Below are positions 62,531 to 64,000 of a stretch of 64,000 nucleotides of DNA, in pieces (the stretch's first letter is position 1; each line of letters begins with the position of its first letter). The stretch is taken from IMG/VR virus record IMGVR_UViG_3300028654_000001, positions 448,572-512,571 of that record, one strand, 5' to 3'. Made by a program: the position numbers and the translations under genes. Under the pieces are notes generated by a model. It worked only from the letters and a program-made list of their open reading frames with translations. It was not told the origin of the DNA and did no database searches.

Positions 62531-64000
62531 TTACCCATTCGTCGGGGTTTGGTCTAGTTGGTAAATATCCCAAATACCCAAAGAATTTGGGATATACTGA
62601 GTACCGACCCCCCAACGTGTTGGTATTATAGCTCCCCCACCCCAGTTGAATATGTTTGCACCCCCGACAGTACTAACACTCCAGGTAGCTCCATCAATGC
62701 TGTACTCTGAGATATAGTTTGTCCCATCAAAACGTAGACGTACCCACGTAATACCATTGGAAGTGTGTAAGTTGTTTGAAGTTAACCCGCCATAGTAGTT
62801 ACGATAATGACCTGAGAACCCACAGGCTGATGCTGATAGTAACAATGGCCCATAGGGGCTATCCTGTGGCCCAAACATGAACCTATGGTCACTCTCATCG
62901 AAAAGAACTATATTTATGCTGGAGTAGGGGTTACCATCACCACCACGTGCATCTGTTGGATGGTACCTGGTGCACATCTTAATAGTCCAGATTCCACCAG
63001 CGCCTACTTGCAAGGTAGGCACCGGAGGTAACCAGTCGACGTAATCTGGAGCCGAATTCGGCAGCAGGTTAGTCATCCTAGTGTATCCGTTATGTGCTTG
63101 TAAAATTGCTGCGTCAGCAATTCCACTTTCATAGGTCCAACCAGAGATATCACCAACGGACATTGGTATTGGTACCGCCCCAGGTATAAGCAGGTTCCAG
63201 TTGTGATCTATATTGACCAACTGCGTTGTATCATCAGTAGGGATGTATAGAGTCCCGTCTGGTAACCCTGCAGGATCCGGTAGACCTGAAACTGACCCAA
63301 CATAAATTGTACCACCTCCTCCACCACCTCCTCCACTAGGTCCTTGGAAGCCTTGAACTCCTTGATTACCACTACCCTGCCAACCTTGAGGACCTTGATA
63401 ACCTCCTCCTCCCCCACCTGAGCCCTGGAAGCCTTGAGAGCCTGTATCCCCTTGAGGGCCTTGATAACCGTCACCCTGAGCCCCTTGAGTTCCGGATCCT
63501 ACGTCCCCCTGAGCTCCTTGATTACCTTGAGTTCCGGATCCTACGTTTCCTTGAGCTCCTTGATTACCCTGAGTTCCGGATCCTACACTTCCTTGAGATC
63601 CTTGAGTACCTTGAGTTCCGGATCCTACACTTCCTTGAGATCCTTGAGTACCTTGAGTTCCAGATCCTACGTTTCCTTGAGCTCCTTGATTACCCTGAGT
63701 TCCAGATCCTACGTTCCCTTGAGCTCCTTGATTACCCTGAGTTCCAGATCCTACGTTTCCTTGAGCTCCTTGATTACCCTGAGTTCCAGATCCTACGTTC
63801 CCTTGGTTACCCTGAGTTCCGGATCCTACACTTCCTTGAGATCCTTGAGTACCCTGAGTTCCGGATCCTACACTTCCTTGAGATCCTTGAGTACCTTGAG
63901 TTCCAGATCCTACGTTTCCTTGAGCTCCTTGATTACCCTGAGTTCCAGATCCTACGTTCCCTTGAGCTCCTTGATTACCCTGAGTTCCAGATCCTACGTT
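62531..64000 (-). CDS. collagen-like fibre protein with C-terminal beta-sandwich domain (5' end beyond window)
   Basis: Frame of 62531..63220 stays open upstream through a poly-Gly linker into G-X-Q repeats. Confidence 0.85.
   Translation of the reverse strand, partial: NVGSGTQGNQGAQGNVGSGTQGNQGAQGNVGSGTQGTQGSQGSVGSGTQGTQGSQGSVGSGTQGNQGNVGSGTQGNQGAQGNVGSGTQGNQGAQGNVGSGTQGNQGAQGNVGSGTQGTQGSQGSVGSGTQGTQGSQGSVGSGTQGNQGAQGNVGSGTQGNQGAQGDVGSGTQGAQGDGYQGPQGDTGSQGFQGSGGGGGGYQGPQGWQGSGNQGVQGFQGPSGGGGGGGGTIYVGSVSGLPDPAGLPDGTLYIPTDDTTQLVNIDHNWNLLIPGAVPIPMSVGDISGWTYESGIADAAILQAHNGYTRMTNLLPNSAPDYVDWLPPVPTLQVGAGGIWTIKMCTRYHPTDARGGDGNPYSSINIVLFDESDHRFMFGPQDSPYGPLLLSASACGFSGHYRNYYGGLTSNNLHTSNGITWVRLRFDGTNYISEYSIDGATWSVSTVGGANIFNWGGGAIIPTRWGVGTQYIPNSLGIWDIYQLDQTPTNG
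63475..64000 (-). repeat. 42-bp tandem repeat (GTQGNQGAQGNVGS and variants)
   Basis: Near-identical units GAGTTCC(A/G)GATCCTAC...; about a dozen copies. Confidence 0.9.

Noticed and set aside
63475-64000. CRISPR array
   Set aside because: Repeats are contiguous, in frame and encode collagen-like G-X-Y; no unique spacers

Overview
The window looks like part of a very large (jumbo/huge) phage genome, probably infecting a myxobacterium: it encodes a TIGR04563-like small protein and a tmRNA tag ANDNAYAAVA. There is no rRNA and no CRISPR array. The centre (about 9.3-31.7 kb, minus strand) is a translation-backup island. It holds a tmRNA, 47 tRNA genes covering all 20 amino acids (several with 8/4 cloverleaves, plus rare Arg-GCG and Ile-TAT), eight Y-RNA-like genes sharing one Ro60-binding stem, a 244-nt Ala-acceptor tRNA-like RNA with a large insert, several other structured RNAs and six HNH endonucleases abutting tRNA 5' ends. 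At the head of the array a sigma70-type promoter drives a 50-codon leader ORF that uses all 20 amino acids and 41 different codons. Its stop codon overlaps an antiterminator strand, suggesting a pan-codon attenuator that switches the array on when any tRNA is depleted; this is the best candidate for a new system. Flanking genes include HolA/HolB, GroEL, Tpt1/KptA, Ro60 (TROVE), an ADP-ribosyltransferase and a glycohydrolase, PTH2-like hydrolase, peptide deformylase, dCTP deaminase, a DNA methylase, two sigma-like factors, TnpB, an amber suppressor tRNA and virion fibre genes. Two leaderless-type promoter classes are visible, one tied to proteins sharing an N-terminal RV(A/V)xR(F/Y) motif. All calls were made by eye; coordinates may be off by a few nt.
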